A program made the position numbers and the translations under genes. DNA of 35,632 nucleotides from Parasitella parasitica NRRL 2501 (taxonomy: Eukaryota; Fungi; Mucoromycota), in the NCBI GenBank assembly GCA_025201805.1, contig MU619426.1:1-35632 (forward strand), read 5' to 3'. Numbering within the stretch: the stretch's first letter is position 1; every line of letters begins with the position of its first letter. Shown piece after piece: positions 8,840 through 20,800 of the stretch. Under the pieces are notes generated by a model. That model saw nothing but the letters and a program-made list of their open reading frames with translations, was not told the DNA's origin and ran no database searches.

Positions 8840-11478
8840 TTAATCCTTCTTTGCGGGACTTGGGCCACTGATTAATGCCTCGATTTTCATAGAGTTCGAC
8901 TGTTTCCAAGAGGGCGGTTGGATATCGTCGCCATCATCGTCTATTGTGATTACGTTTGTTGGGATTGTTTTTGGTGGCTGCTGCGGCTCTGCAGAGGATG
9001 GGGCGACAGTGGGAGGGGCAGATGTAGGAGTGTAGACAATGTCCGCAACAGCCGATTCTAACAAATAAAAACATATTAGATCCGTACTCTCCTTTTGCAT
9101 CTCTTATATACTTGCGTTTTTTACGGGGAACCTCATTACTATTGTTACTGGTGGGTGTTGCACGCTTTCTCTTCTTGGTTTCGACAGTAGAGATATTGGC
9201 TTTGGGTGTGGTTGGAAGTGAGGGATTTGCATTCTTTTTCTCGCTCATGCTCGACACCTTGGATTTGTATTGACTATACTGTCTGCTCATTTCATAAGAA
9301 TGCATCCAACCTGCAGGCCAGCACGATAATAACTAAACATCATCCTTAATATTTCGGTTGTTGTTTTGCCACACACACACACTAAAATACTCACTCGCTG
9401 ATACATCAGTTTCCTCGCTTTGCTGTCCGTTGCTAACCCTTCAGGTTTCTTTTCGCTATCCTTATGCAGTCTTTGGTCATGTCATTAATAAACACAGCCA
9501 GCATAAATGCCCTGAAAATCTATGCTACTTACGCTACTTGATTGGCTATGTGGATAGATTGCTCCTCTGATTGTATGATTTCGTAAAGGATCTTTCGGAC
9601 CTCGTCATTACATTTGAATTTAGGGGTTGGCGTGCTTTCCTCTTCTTCTGGATTCGAAGTCTCGGTAGAGGCTTCTATATATATATATATATTATATATA
9701 TGTATATATGTGCCTGTAAGCATATACACTCGACACGATTTTAGTTCACTTACGTGCTTGTGCCACCTTTTCATTGAATAGTCTGCGTTGTTCTGGCATC
9801 ATCAGATCGACAGTTTTCTTGAGCGACATTGCCAGCTCATCGATTTCTTCTTGCAATTCATCGACTCGCAGCTGTCCAGATTTGGTTGTTAAAAATTTCT
9901 TTAGGGTAAACTTGTTGTAAGGTAAAATGGCCATTAGATGAAAAACCAAGTTGTCGTCAATGACTCTATTTTTACGAAATGTGATGAGTCCCGCCTGAAT
10001 AACTGTAGGCTTGAGGGTGGCTGGGAATTTGGCCTTGTTGGTAAAGCTTTCAAATTTCACATCATGTCTTAATTTCTCCATCAGCACTTCAATTTCAGAG
10101 TCGAGTGGTTTCTATAAATATATATTTTTTTTTTCGAGTGGATTAGTACACGTTGTTATGGATCCAACTTGCAGCTTACCAAAACTACAGGCATTGCTCC
10201 AGACTTCTTTTTGGATTTGTCACCAGTGGCAGGAGAAGGCTGTGTTCCCGCATCGCTGACAGATCCCAATGTGGATGATGCTGGACTACCAACAACAGGT
10301 TTATGCGCCACTTCCTCTTCTTTAGCGGGATGGTTTTCCACTTTTGCTTTTTTCTTGGATGCTTTATCCGGTGTGGCAGTCGCTTTTTTTATGGAAGTAT
10401 TGCTAGTGGCAAGTGCTGGTGTAGTGGCTGATTTTTTAGGCTTGGTTCCAGCGTTTGATGTGGAGTTGTTTGCCAATGTAGTGGCCGTAGCAGTATTATT
10501 CGCCTTCTTTTTCTCATCAGCAGCACCATCGTTTGTAGCAACAGCCTTCTTGCGAGATTTCTCGTTGCCCGAACCCACTGCTGCCCCTGATCCACTGTCT
10601 TTTTTGTTTCCTGATGATGACGATGATGATGTGTTGGACACTGCAGATTTTGATTTGGCGGGCGTTTTGCGTTTTGCGGTCGATGTGGATGCAGATGCTG
10701 ATGCGGATGTCTTTTTCTCGGTAGTAGAACTAAACGAAAGACGAGTAAGCACACCCACATATCATCTCTTTGACAAATCTATCACTCACATCTCATGTCC
10801 ATCTAACGGGCCATGCCACACAAAAAATCCATCGTATTCGGGTGCACTATAGTCAATTGGCTCGTCCATCAGCATATCACTATCGTCTATGAAAGGGTCC
10901 TCAAAGTCATAATCATCACGTCTTCTCGGTTCATTCTAAAAGTAGGCGTATTTTGTTAAAATTGCCCTTCCCCACTATTCTCCTCCTGTCCACAAGTCCA
11001 TACTTACACCGGGATTTTCGTCGTCAGATCCATCGTCATTAACGTCTTCGTCGTCTACGTTGTACGCTTCGGCTTTTTTCAGCAATTCTTTGTAGAATGC
11101 ATCTTCTACTGAGTCCAAGGCTCCACCGCCGAGGCTTTGCTGAGGAGCAGTAGTCTCAGGCTGTCCTCTTTCTTGCATCTTTTTGAATTCACGTTTATAC
11201 AATTGGCGATAATTCACAATCACTGGGCGTGGTAGGTTGGTAGTGTCGACGTAAATACGTATTGTAGGTGGTGAGGCTGTCGATGGTTTAGAGGCTTTAG
11301 CAGCAGCTGTAGTAGCAGCTGTAGTGGCTGCTGTAGTGGCTGCTGTAGTGGCTGCTGTAGTGGCTGCTGTAGTAGCGGCAACTGCTGCTGTTGCAGATGA
11401 ATTAATTGGAATGCTTGGGGATTCCACAACAGGCTCTACAGCCACTAAAGTATCCTCAGGATTAGTAGGTACAGACAT
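8840..11478 (-). CDS. HPC2/ubinuclein-like subunit of the HIRA histone chaperone complex (about 8 exons)
   Basis: HUN/HPC2-related motif DDYDFEDPFIDDSDML...YDGFFVWHGPL (exon 10935-10790); ubinuclein-like middle region KFPATLKP...LPYNKFTLKK and LLSCWPAGWM. Splice sites traced at 11007/10936, 10789/10730, 10179/10112, 9753/9675, 9532/9471 and 9394/9333; the last intron donor is uncertain. Confidence 0.85.
11301..11377 (-). repeat. Coding 12-nt tandem repeat (Ala-Ala-Thr-Thr)n in HPC2-like exon 1
   Basis: About 6 copies of GCTGCTGTAGTG on the + strand; protein AATTAATTAATTAATT. Confidence 0.85.
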
Positions 11479-12187
11479 GGATAAATATATATATATATAA
11501 TTGGAAAAAAAAAAAAAAAGTTCGAATTTAGGTATGTCCACAACGCGCTTCGTTCTTTTTATTTTTTATTTTTTTTATACATGTATATTGTAAGAAATGC
11601 CTGCCTGCTACTCATATCAAGATGCAGCAGCCAGCATTGGGATTCCGGAGCTTTTGCCTGCCTCTTTTCGCAGCATTACTTTTATGCTACGCACATGATG
11701 GCAATGTAGAAGGACGGCACCACACAGAGATTGAGACACACACATCAAAGACATGCCTTTATTTTTGAATGAATTCGGAGCATGGATGACTCTCCACCGG
11801 CTCAAAGGAAAGCCTTTACTCTCTACATACCAATGCACTGCAGGTAAATGTGATGCCTTCCTTATTAAAGCATTTGTTGCTAGTATACCGTAGTTGCTGG
11901 CATCAAAAGCCAAGCACATCTTTGTGAGATGTTGACATCAAAAAGCTGGTAGAGTTTGATTCAGGCCTCTAAAGCAATTTTGGTAAAGTAATCCAAAAGC
12001 AAAGTGTCGTCTGGTATTTGAAGTATGAGCCTGTACATGATAAATCACCTAATCCGCACTACATGCCGTGGTACACCGTATGGCAACAACCCATTATTGA
12101 TGGTTGTTGCGGTCACAACGAATAAATTGAACACTAAAAGGGTGAGGGGCTTTACTACCCCCCACTTGTTTACCTATTGTTTGAGTC

Positions 12188-13623
12188 ATGTCTCTTCTTC
12201 TAGGCAATGCTTCTCGACAATTTTTGAGGCCAGTTTTATATAAACATCGTGTAGGCAGATTTGCTCAGTACTCTACCTCTCTGCCTCCTGAAAATAACAA
12301 TTTTCAGGGCGACAGTAAAGCTGATCGTCAACATGAACAAAAACAGCAAGCAAATAACGAGCAACAAACACCGGCTCACAAGAGCATCATAGCAACAAAA
12401 GCCTATATCGAAAGGCTTCAACATGACATGAAGCCTCGACTCGAGCCTTACATTCTGAAATTAAACAATGCATCAGAACAATTGAAGCGTCTCACATCAG
12501 ATGTCAGCAATTCGAAAGAAGCGCTACAAAGAGCAAGCCGAGCTCTGAATGAATTAACAGGCTATGATCAGATTGATGCTGTCAAGCAAAAGGTCAATAA
12601 CCAAGGCAAGCAAACAGAGCCCATTCATGCGGTGTAATTTCGCTAAATAGGTTACTCATTCTAGCTACTTTATTCGAGACAACTCGTGATGAGGTTCAGT
12701 CGGCCAAAAGAGCATACGAAAGTGCGATTGAGACACGATCCACCACACAGCGAGGCATCAATGAACTACTGCAGCGCAAGCACTTGTGGACAGGCGACGA
12801 TGTAACCAATTTTACAGAGCTATACCGATTGGAGCACTCGCATTCGCAAGCAGAGACGCTGGCCAAAGAAAAATACCAAGCATGCGAAAAGCAGATGGAC
12901 AGAGAGTACATGGAATTAGCCCGATCCATCATGGAAAGGTACCATGAAGAGCAGCTGTGGAGCGACAAGATTCGAAGCGTAAGCACCTACGGCACATGGG
13001 CTCTTATGGTGGTCAATTTGCTGCTCTTTGTGGCTGTACAGACCGTATTTGAGCCTCGTAAACGAAAAAGATTGACAGATCGATTTGAGGAGCTGTTGGT
13101 CGCTAAAGTGGACGAGGAGGAGCAAAAGTTTCACAGCGTTTTTGAGGCACTGGATGAGAAGGATCGATTATTGATGCAGCAGCAGGTGGCTGTTATGGAG
13201 ACTTTGAATGCTTTGACTGAACATCCGTTATTTAACGAGGAAACGCTGCGATCCTTGAAAAAAGCGCACGAAGAAAAAGACAGAGCAGGCATGTTGCCCG
13301 TGCCTGCCGCTCCTGTATTGCCACAAGCATATGCGGGAGAAACACCGGCAGTCGACATGAGCGATGCTACACCGGTGTCGGTTGAGGGGCACAAAATTCG
13401 CCTCGACAATGAAGAATTGCGCAAACTCTTGTTACTATCACCGGCTAATTTTGACGATGCTCCATTCTACAAGGAGCCTGTATCGATACCTTCCTTGATG
13501 TCTTCATTTAGTACCGATGACGAGACCATAGCGATAGGAAAGCGAAACTTTGTATTATATTCTATAGACTGTGCGTTGGTTGGTGGTCTTTTGACAGCAA
13601 TTACTGTTTATTTCCTCGGATGA
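12188..13623 (+). CDS. SHE9: She9/Mdm33 mitochondrial inner-membrane coiled-coil protein (2 exons)
   Basis: Motifs LNELTGYDQI, QRGINELLQRKH.W...DV..FTELYR.EH, RYHEEQLWSDKIR..STYGTW.LM.VN and FEP.KRKRL; two hydrophobic segments; Arg-rich presequence-like N-terminus. Predicted intron 12606-12664 (GC-AG). Confidence 0.92.
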
Positions 13624-13767
13624 TTACAATAAAACAGTTCTTTTTTTTTTTCTCTCCCTAGAGGATCGTCTACTGATTATGCCATGTCAATTAATCCTTG
13701 TTTGGGATGGATTGATGATTGCACATGGAAATATCGTATTTATTGTCGCAATTGGGTATATTGTTTG

Positions 13768-15179
13768 TCATGCATAATACGAAAATATTTCTATGGAAAA
13801 AACAATAAAAATAAAAAATAAAAAAAAAATAAAAAAGCGTTAGAATAGGGCAAGGATTGATTGACACATATCCTGTGGTACTTGCCTCGTAAATCTAAAG
13901 GCGGAAGACGACCAAAGATCTCGTCAGGATCAATTTTTGATTGTCGCTTTAAATGGTCTTCTAATTCGACATCATCCTCTGCCCATGCTGGTGTTTCAAA
14001 GGGTGTGTCTTCCTCTGATGCTTGAATTTGGCTTTGTTCATTCACTTCCTCAACTGTACTTAGATCGTGTGTAGCAGCAGGCTCCAGCTTTTGCAATATA
14101 CTCGGTCTTTTGAATCTCGGTTCTGGTGCGATATCACTGGTTTGAATTGGTAGCGCAGACTTGTAAGAACTGGTTGACACCACGCTCAATGTGCTACTTG
14201 GTCTTTTTGTGATAATGACAGGGTGATTTGAATGCGCATTGTTTGAAGCGGTAGACGATGTCGAAGGTGATGTTGTGGGCAGGGCGGCTTTCTTGAGCGA
14301 AGGCCTTGATGTTTTGAATAACCTGTCCATGAATGCGCTGCGATGTCTTGCTGTTGTGGTGCTGATGGGCGTGGATGATTTTGAATGGTATAACGAAAAG
14401 GGCTTTAAAGGCGTCGAAATGGGTGAATATGAAATATTTTGGACTGAATTTGCATTGTCTTTTGGTTCTGCGTTGCTGCGCTTGCGGGCAGAAACAACCA
14501 CTTGGATTTCATCTTCCTGTTCATCGAAATCCTGTAGAGCTGGAAGAATGCTCTGCTTTTCTGGTTGTATAGAGGCTGTGGTATCCTGGGTTGATATTGT
14601 GTTCAAAGGGGGTTCTTGTGTGGATGATGGTATTATGACAGGATCCGTTGTATTTGCATCCTCTGCTTGATGCTCAGTAGCATTGGCTTTATCGTTTGTA
14701 TCGTCGTTTAGTGAGCTGAGAGGCTCCTCTGTTGCATTGGTTGCTGGACCAGCGACGCTTTCCTCTTCTGTCTGATCCTTTGTAGACTCGTGGACTTTTT
14801 CCACTGGCTCATCGATAGCCTCTTTCTGAATGTCTGATGCCTTGTCAATATCCTCTGTTCGCAACTCTGCAACATTCGATGCAGTTGCAATCGACACCGA
14901 TTGATCAATATCTGCTGCTGCTGTGTCTGCTGTTGACGCACGCTTTCTCTTCGGATCAGGTCTCTTCAATGCCAACAGATCACTAATTGACTGTTTTCAG
15001 TATCCTACACATGTTCTGTGCATACACTGCATATACCTGACTGTCGCATGTGTATCAAACCAACTCAAATGAGCAGCCTTTGTTTCCTCCAATTGACTAA
15101 TCTTGTCCGAGGCAATGTTGTCCCATTTATCCTGCTGATCAAAGACCCAAAGATAGCCTTTCTTTGCTTTTTTACTCAT
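13768..15179 (-). CDS. INCENP/Pic1/Sli15-like chromosomal passenger protein with C-terminal IN-box (3 exons)
   Basis: Exons 15179-15037, 14982-13886 and 13790-13768. C-terminus TPAWAE...LEDHLKRQSKIDPDEIFGRLPPLDLREIF matches the Aurora-B-binding IN-box pattern P.WA....L...L..Q...DP..IFG...PL.L.EIF. Confidence 0.8.
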
Positions 15180-15193
15180 GTATGCAATGTTTG

Positions 15194-15234
<41 letters not shown>

Positions 15235-15282
15235 AAGATAATAGAGGAAACCCCAATGAGGGGAGGGGGGACGTGTTTTCTG

Positions 15283-17346
15283 CTAGTTTTCGTGCAGCGA
15301 TTCCCTTACTTTGATCAACAATGCGTTGGATCTAAAGACAAGTGAATTGTACTGGTCCAAGACTGATTTGACGCAGGCTGCATTGTCTTGTAGTTGTTTC
15401 TTCTGCTGCTCCTTTTCGTGCATCAGTTGCTGGATGCGAGATGAAATCGCTGTGGTTTTAGAATCCAGTGTGCTGTGGACGCCATGTGCAACAAGCTGCC
15501 TGGTGTTTTCTTGCAGTTTTTCATTTGCTATTGCTGCTTGGAACTTGAGCTTCAGATTAGACCTTAATGCGTGTGGAACAGCAGACACAAAGGAGTAGGC
15601 TGTCCATCCAACGCCTAAAACACCAATAGCCGCTACGCAACTGACCACAATGCGGCGAGAGGGTAAATTGGCAGTAGGATTATCCATCAGCGGGTTCATG
15701 TAGCGGTGTAAAAAGTTGAGCGCCATGGTCTTGACGCTGATGCATTTGAAAAGTGTCACGGCAGCACCCGTTGTTCCCAAACTGAGCAATGCTACCTTTT
15801 TATCGTTGACGAAACGTCTCTCCATCAAGAAATCTCTCGCTTGGACATTGACATGAGTACGCTGATGATTAATGGATGGTGCCTTGTGTTTATATGCGAC
15901 CGGCATGCTTGTCTCGTTCCATTTGCCAAGCTGATCTGCGACATATTGGTCCATTTTGTTCATGCATTCAGCTATGTCCTGGTTTGCTTGCTCTTCGATT
16001 TGGCACAAGTTCGACTGCACGTGCAAAGCAAGAGCATCAGAGACATTCTGCGCATATTGCCATGCCAAATGTATGCCTGGATAACCGACCGAGTCAATGC
16101 ATTGGTCGAGAGTTCCATCGCTTGCCATTTCTTTCACCCGCCTGGACGTTGTACTCTCGATTGATTGCAGAGACTTTTGAGCCATCTGTGCAAGTGAACC
16201 TTGAACAAACTCCACTGCTTTTACCAAATTGCTCATATCCGGCAGAAACACTGATTCCAGTTCATCAACCACCCTGTCCAGCTCATCTCCCACTTTGTTT
16301 GCATTCAATGTCGCAAGGAAATTCACATCCAGTAACACATTGTGAAGGTAGGTTTTGGCTGGCACTTGTTTTGACACACTGCGGTTGTAAAGTACAAAGG
16401 AGCGTAAGCTTTGTTCCAGTCTAGCAAAGGCCGCAGAGTCTACGTGCTGTGCAGCGCTTATAAAATGCACCAATTCATCTGCCTGAGCAAAGGTTGCTGG
16501 CGACATAAGCTCGATCTGCTGTAGAATCAAGCGCTTGCAGCGCTCTTTGTCACGAATGCTATCGAATCGGTTGACAACAATAAAGATGCGCTTCTTTTCT
16601 TGAGCCGCATTCCACAGAAACTCCTTCCCAGACAGGGTAAAGTGGTTCTCAGCACTGACGACAAACACAACTACGTCGATTTCCTCCTGGCGTGCAAACA
16701 CAGATGTCGTTTTGACAGAGTCCGTGTTCAAGCCGGGTGAATCAATCAACACAACATTGACAATATCACTATTTATCAGACTCTCTTTTGTTTGCAGCTG
16801 GTCATTTCGAGCAGTGTAGACATTGAGCATTTTGTACGGAATATCCGGATCCACTAGGGTTCTGTATAGATGGCGTGGTTCAATTGCGTGGTATGTCTCT
16901 GCGTCGGTTTTGTCATAATGGTCTACATCTACTACGGCGTGGACCTGATCGTCGTTGTCGTCTTTGCTGGGAGAAGAGTGCACCTGACAGAATACGGATG
17001 TACATGGTTGCTGATCCACAGGCAGAATATCCTTGTTAAGCAACGCATTGACCAGAGTGGATTTCCCAGAATTCAAATCGCCAGTAATCAATACTTTGGA
17101 GATCGGATCTGAGATTCTTTTTTCCAGATTTTTCAAATGGTTCATACATGTCAACAGGAGTGATGATAGTGTCTGTGCACCTTTAGCCTGCAGTACATTG
17201 AATGTGGATGCCGACGATGGATAGTAGACGTCAGTGCCAAACCGCTCGAATTCTCCTACAAGGCTGTAGGTTTCTTGAATAGCACACAGTATACGCTGAC
17301 AATTGAGTGCGTAGTCTTGATCGATTTGCTTGTTTGCCAATGTCAT
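15283..17346 (-). CDS. FZO1: Mitofusin/Fzo1 dynamin-related GTPase (687 aa, intronless)
   Basis: G1 KVLITGDLNSGKST, G2 LPVDQQPCT, G3 LIDSPGLN, G4 VVNRFD; Fzo1-typical RQEEIDVVVFVVSAENHFTLS; two hydrophobic segments and a C-terminal coiled coil. Confidence 0.92.
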   Translation of the reverse strand: MTLANKQIDQDYALNCQRILCAIQETYSLVGEFERFGTDVYYPSSASTFNVLQAKGAQTLSSLLLTCMNHLKNLEKRISDPISKVLITGDLNSGKSTLVNALLNKDILPVDQQPCTSVFCQVHSSPSKDDNDDQVHAVVDVDHYDKTDAETYHAIEPRHLYRTLVDPDIPYKMLNVYTARNDQLQTKESLINSDIVNVVLIDSPGLNTDSVKTTSVFARQEEIDVVVFVVSAENHFTLSGKEFLWNAAQEKKRIFIVVNRFDSIRDKERCKRLILQQIELMSPATFAQADELVHFISAAQHVDSAAFARLEQSLRSFVLYNRSVSKQVPAKTYLHNVLLDVNFLATLNANKVGDELDRVVDELESVFLPDMSNLVKAVEFVQGSLAQMAQKSLQSIESTTSRRVKEMASDGTLDQCIDSVGYPGIHLAWQYAQNVSDALALHVQSNLCQIEEQANQDIAECMNKMDQYVADQLGKWNETSMPVAYKHKAPSINHQRTHVNVQARDFLMERRFVNDKKVALLSLGTTGAAVTLFKCISVKTMALNFLHRYMNPLMDNPTANLPSRRIVVSCVAAIGVLGVGWTAYSFVSAVPHALRSNLKLKFQAAIANEKLQENTRQLVAHGVHSTLDSKTTAISSRIQQLMHEKEQQKKQLQDNAACVKSVLDQYNSLVFRSNALLIKVRESLHEN

Positions 17347-17800
17347 CTTGCGTAAAAATGAAAAGGGTTTTTAAAAAAAAAAAAAACGTTAGATACCAGG
17401 GACATGGGAGGGCTTTTTCAGCTGCTACTGCCACCCGATTAGACAAGTCCGCCAAAAGCAGCATTTACAAAAATGATAAAGCCTGTTTAGCATTTCGTTA
17501 GTATACATGGGTGGCATTGGCTGCAAGTTCAATAACAAGATGATGTTTACATGCAAATTCCTTTGATGATGCAGGTTTTGTTTGGTTGTAACCACATCGA
17601 TCAAACATGATCTGCCCAATCACGATATCATTCATTCGGCATCAGTTTGCAACTTTTACAGCAAGTCATTTTGAAAGCATGCAGAATCATGCACTGTCCA
17701 ACTTTGAATAGCCGTTTCCCGCATTATGTCATTTCCACACATATTTCAAAATATATTTCTCCTCTATTCTTTTTTATCCCTTTTCTTTTCAACAATTCCA

Positions 17801-20800
17801 ATGTCAACGAACCAAAAGAATTTGATGGATCATCAGCAAAGGGATATTATCATTCCCTTGAACGATCCCCAATCCTTGCAGACCAATGCCAGTGATCGAC
17901 AGCAACAGCAACAGTTGATGCCAGTTAGAGACCCGCATAAAGCTGCTTCACTGCCCAAAAGTGCATCGGATCAATTGTTGCCCAAAAGACGAGGTGTACT
18001 AGAACGATTTGAATCCGCTCCTCAGGATGGCTGGAAAATGATAAAAAAGTGGGTAGGAAATTACAAACAGCAATCAAAGAAGCAGCAACTGCAGTCGATT
18101 GCAAGCATCGAGCGACAAGCAGAGATCAACACCATAGGCCCCATAGTCCTCGCAATGCACTTTTATAGAGACGAAGAGGACAAAAAGCGTATCCCTGTTT
18201 TTCTCGATAATCTATCAGTCAAAGTGAGCAAGCTTGAGACACAAAAAAGGGGCACAGTCTTTAACATCTGGGTGGAGTACGGCACTGGATCAAACAAAGT
18301 GTGTTGGTCTGTCTATCGTCGTTATTGGGACTTTGTAAAATTGCATTACCGGTACAAGAAAAAGTACAGCAGCAGTCGGCGGAAGGGCGTCTTTGCACCA
18401 ACAAAGCAGCGTTCCAAGCTGCCTAAATTTCCTAGCTTGCCAAGCAAGCATTTCCGTCGACAACGCAAGACGGAATACGATAAAGCCCCAATCAGCAGAC
18501 AAGAGACAAGTGCGTCGATTAGCACGTCAGAATACCCAACAAATCCCGCCTCCTTAATGGATGAAGATGCCGTCATGGCTATTGCAGCGCCTATTGCCGA
18601 AGAAGGCAACCATGCATCAACTACCGCTACAGCAGGAGCAGCAAGCACCATAAGCATGTCATCGCAGTTTATAGAGGTAGTCAGAGCAGACCGCTCTGTG
18701 TTGCAAGCATTTGAAAACTACCTCAACCAGTTCATATCTTCGATCGAGCCATTGGGCTATGTCAATCGATTATGCAAATTTTTAGAAATTTCGGCATTAG
18801 GGTTAGAGTTGGCTGCAAAATACCCTCAACTGAACTACCATGGCAAGGAAGGGTTCGTCGTCTTTCAAAGCAGAACAGACCGTGATCCCAAGCAAAACCG
18901 CAAGTTTTTACAAGACGGTCTGGTATGCTCACTCCCCACGACAGGCGGTAGGAGGAGGAGAAAGCCCAAGTGGTTCATTGTGCGCGAGAGCTATGTTGTT
19001 TGCGTGGACGATCCTAGTGAGGTATATAAAGCGCAATGTGTTGCTAGAGTAGTAGCATTTAGTAGCCGCAGGGCCAGACCATTCCACTAACCATACAGTA
19101 GCCCACTATCTACGATGTCTTTTTGTTTGACCAGCTATTCGACATTCATCGACTGGCGATTTTTGGCGATAAAACCAACCATCATGAATCCAGAGGGGGG
19201 CGTAAGAAGTTTAGCAATACGCTGGTTAATGCGTCGCATTGGGCCTCGGGGAAATCCACTCTTTGCTTGAGAAACATGCAAGGGATCTACCATTTTAGAA
19301 CAAAGAATGAGCGACAGGCAAAGCAGTTTGAGACCTGCATCAGGGCGATGGCTGAGAATTCGGTTTGGTGTCAAAAGAACCGATTCAAGAGTTTTGCTCC
19401 TGTGCGTGATAATACGTCGGTGTCATGGTTTGTAGATGGCAGAGACTACTTTTGGGATGTGTCGGTAGCATTGGAAAACGCAAAGGAGTCCATCTACATT
19501 CATGATTGGTGGTTATCCCCGGAACTAGTAAGTGTACAGTGCTTGGCTTGCGAATATCCATACTCAAAAAAAAAAAAAAAATTGCCATTAGTTCCTTAGA
19601 AGACCAGCAGCCGCCAACCTGGAATGGAGATTGGACCGTCTATTGAGAAGAAAGGCAGACCAAGGTATCAAAGTGTATATTGTCATGTACAAGGAAGTTG
19701 CTATGGCACTACCGCTGTTCTCTCATCAAGCAAAGCGGCATTTGCTGTCGCTATCGCCCAACATTTACGTGCAGAGACATCCTTCCCGTGCCCTGGATAT
19801 TTTCAACAAGAACAGCATCTTTTTCTGGGCTCATCATGAAAAGATCTGCGTTGTGGACAACGAGATTGCCTTTATAGGTGGGCTAGATCAATGTTTTGGC
19901 CGCTACGACACACCTGGGCATATCCTTGTGGATGACCTCAAGCCTGACTTGGACCCCATGAACGATAATCCGCAAGTCTGGCCAGGCAAGGACTACTCTA
20001 ACCCTCGCATCATCGACTTTCATACTTTGGACAAACCATTCGAGGACAACCAAGACAGGACAAAGCTTCCGAGGATGCCATGGCATGATGTGTCGATGCG
20101 CCTTGTTGGCCCTGCTGCTCGCGATGTGTCTCGCCACTTTGTTCAGCGTTGGAATTTTTTGCGCAGGAAGAAGCCTTCAGCGCCTAGGCGCCCAACGCCA
20201 ATGCTACTGCCTGTGCCTGATGAGTATGTAAACAGCCTGAGCCACGTAGATCCTCGGATTTGCCACCCGCACACCTCTGTCTCTTGCAAAGTCCAGATCT
20301 TGCGAAGTGTGTCTCCGTGGAGCATCGGCTCCATTGACGACCATGTCGAACACAGCATCCAGACTGCCTATTGCGAATCCATCAAAAGCTCAAGGCACTT
20401 GATCTACATTGAAAACCAGTTTTTTATCACGTGCACTAAAAGTGGGAACACAGTGATTGAAAACAACATTGGCGAGGCCATCTATCAGCGTGTTTTGCGG
20501 GCTCATACGGAGGGCCGCAAATGGAGAGCCATCATCATCATACCTTTGGTCCCCGGCTTCCCTGCCAACATTGACGAAACAGAGGCGACCACTGTGCGCA
20601 TCATCATGCAATGCCAGTATCTGTCTATTGCACGAGGGCCCGACTCTATTCTGGCTCGCCTGCGCGCTGCAGGTGTGACCAACACGCACGAATACATCAA
20701 CTTTTACGGGCTTCGCAACTGGGCTGAACTGAATGGCCAGTACGTCACTGAGCAGGTCTACATCCACGCAAAAACCATGGTGGTAGATGACATGACTGTC

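Noticed and set aside
10169-10852. 227-aa plus-strand ORF (and similar antisense ORFs at 7139, 14239, 15876, 20390, 21118 and 27650)
   Set aside because: Antisense shadows of real genes, explained by codon bias and low complexity.
11617-12038. 100-aa minus ORF with an apparent upstream extension through a TGA (readthrough/selenocysteine idea)
   Set aside because: On recount the upstream frame is not continuous with the ORF and no family is recognisable.
15194-15233. Long poly(A) tract as a retroposition tail
   Set aside because: Sits in the leader of the INCENP-like gene; long A/T homopolymers flank most genes in this window.
17726-17800. Upstream in-frame ATG extending PLD (likewise ORF extensions at 7524, 11541, 15236 and 26371)
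   Set aside because: The extensions run through pyrimidine- or homopolymer-rich leader sequence; the downstream ATG is the more plausible start.
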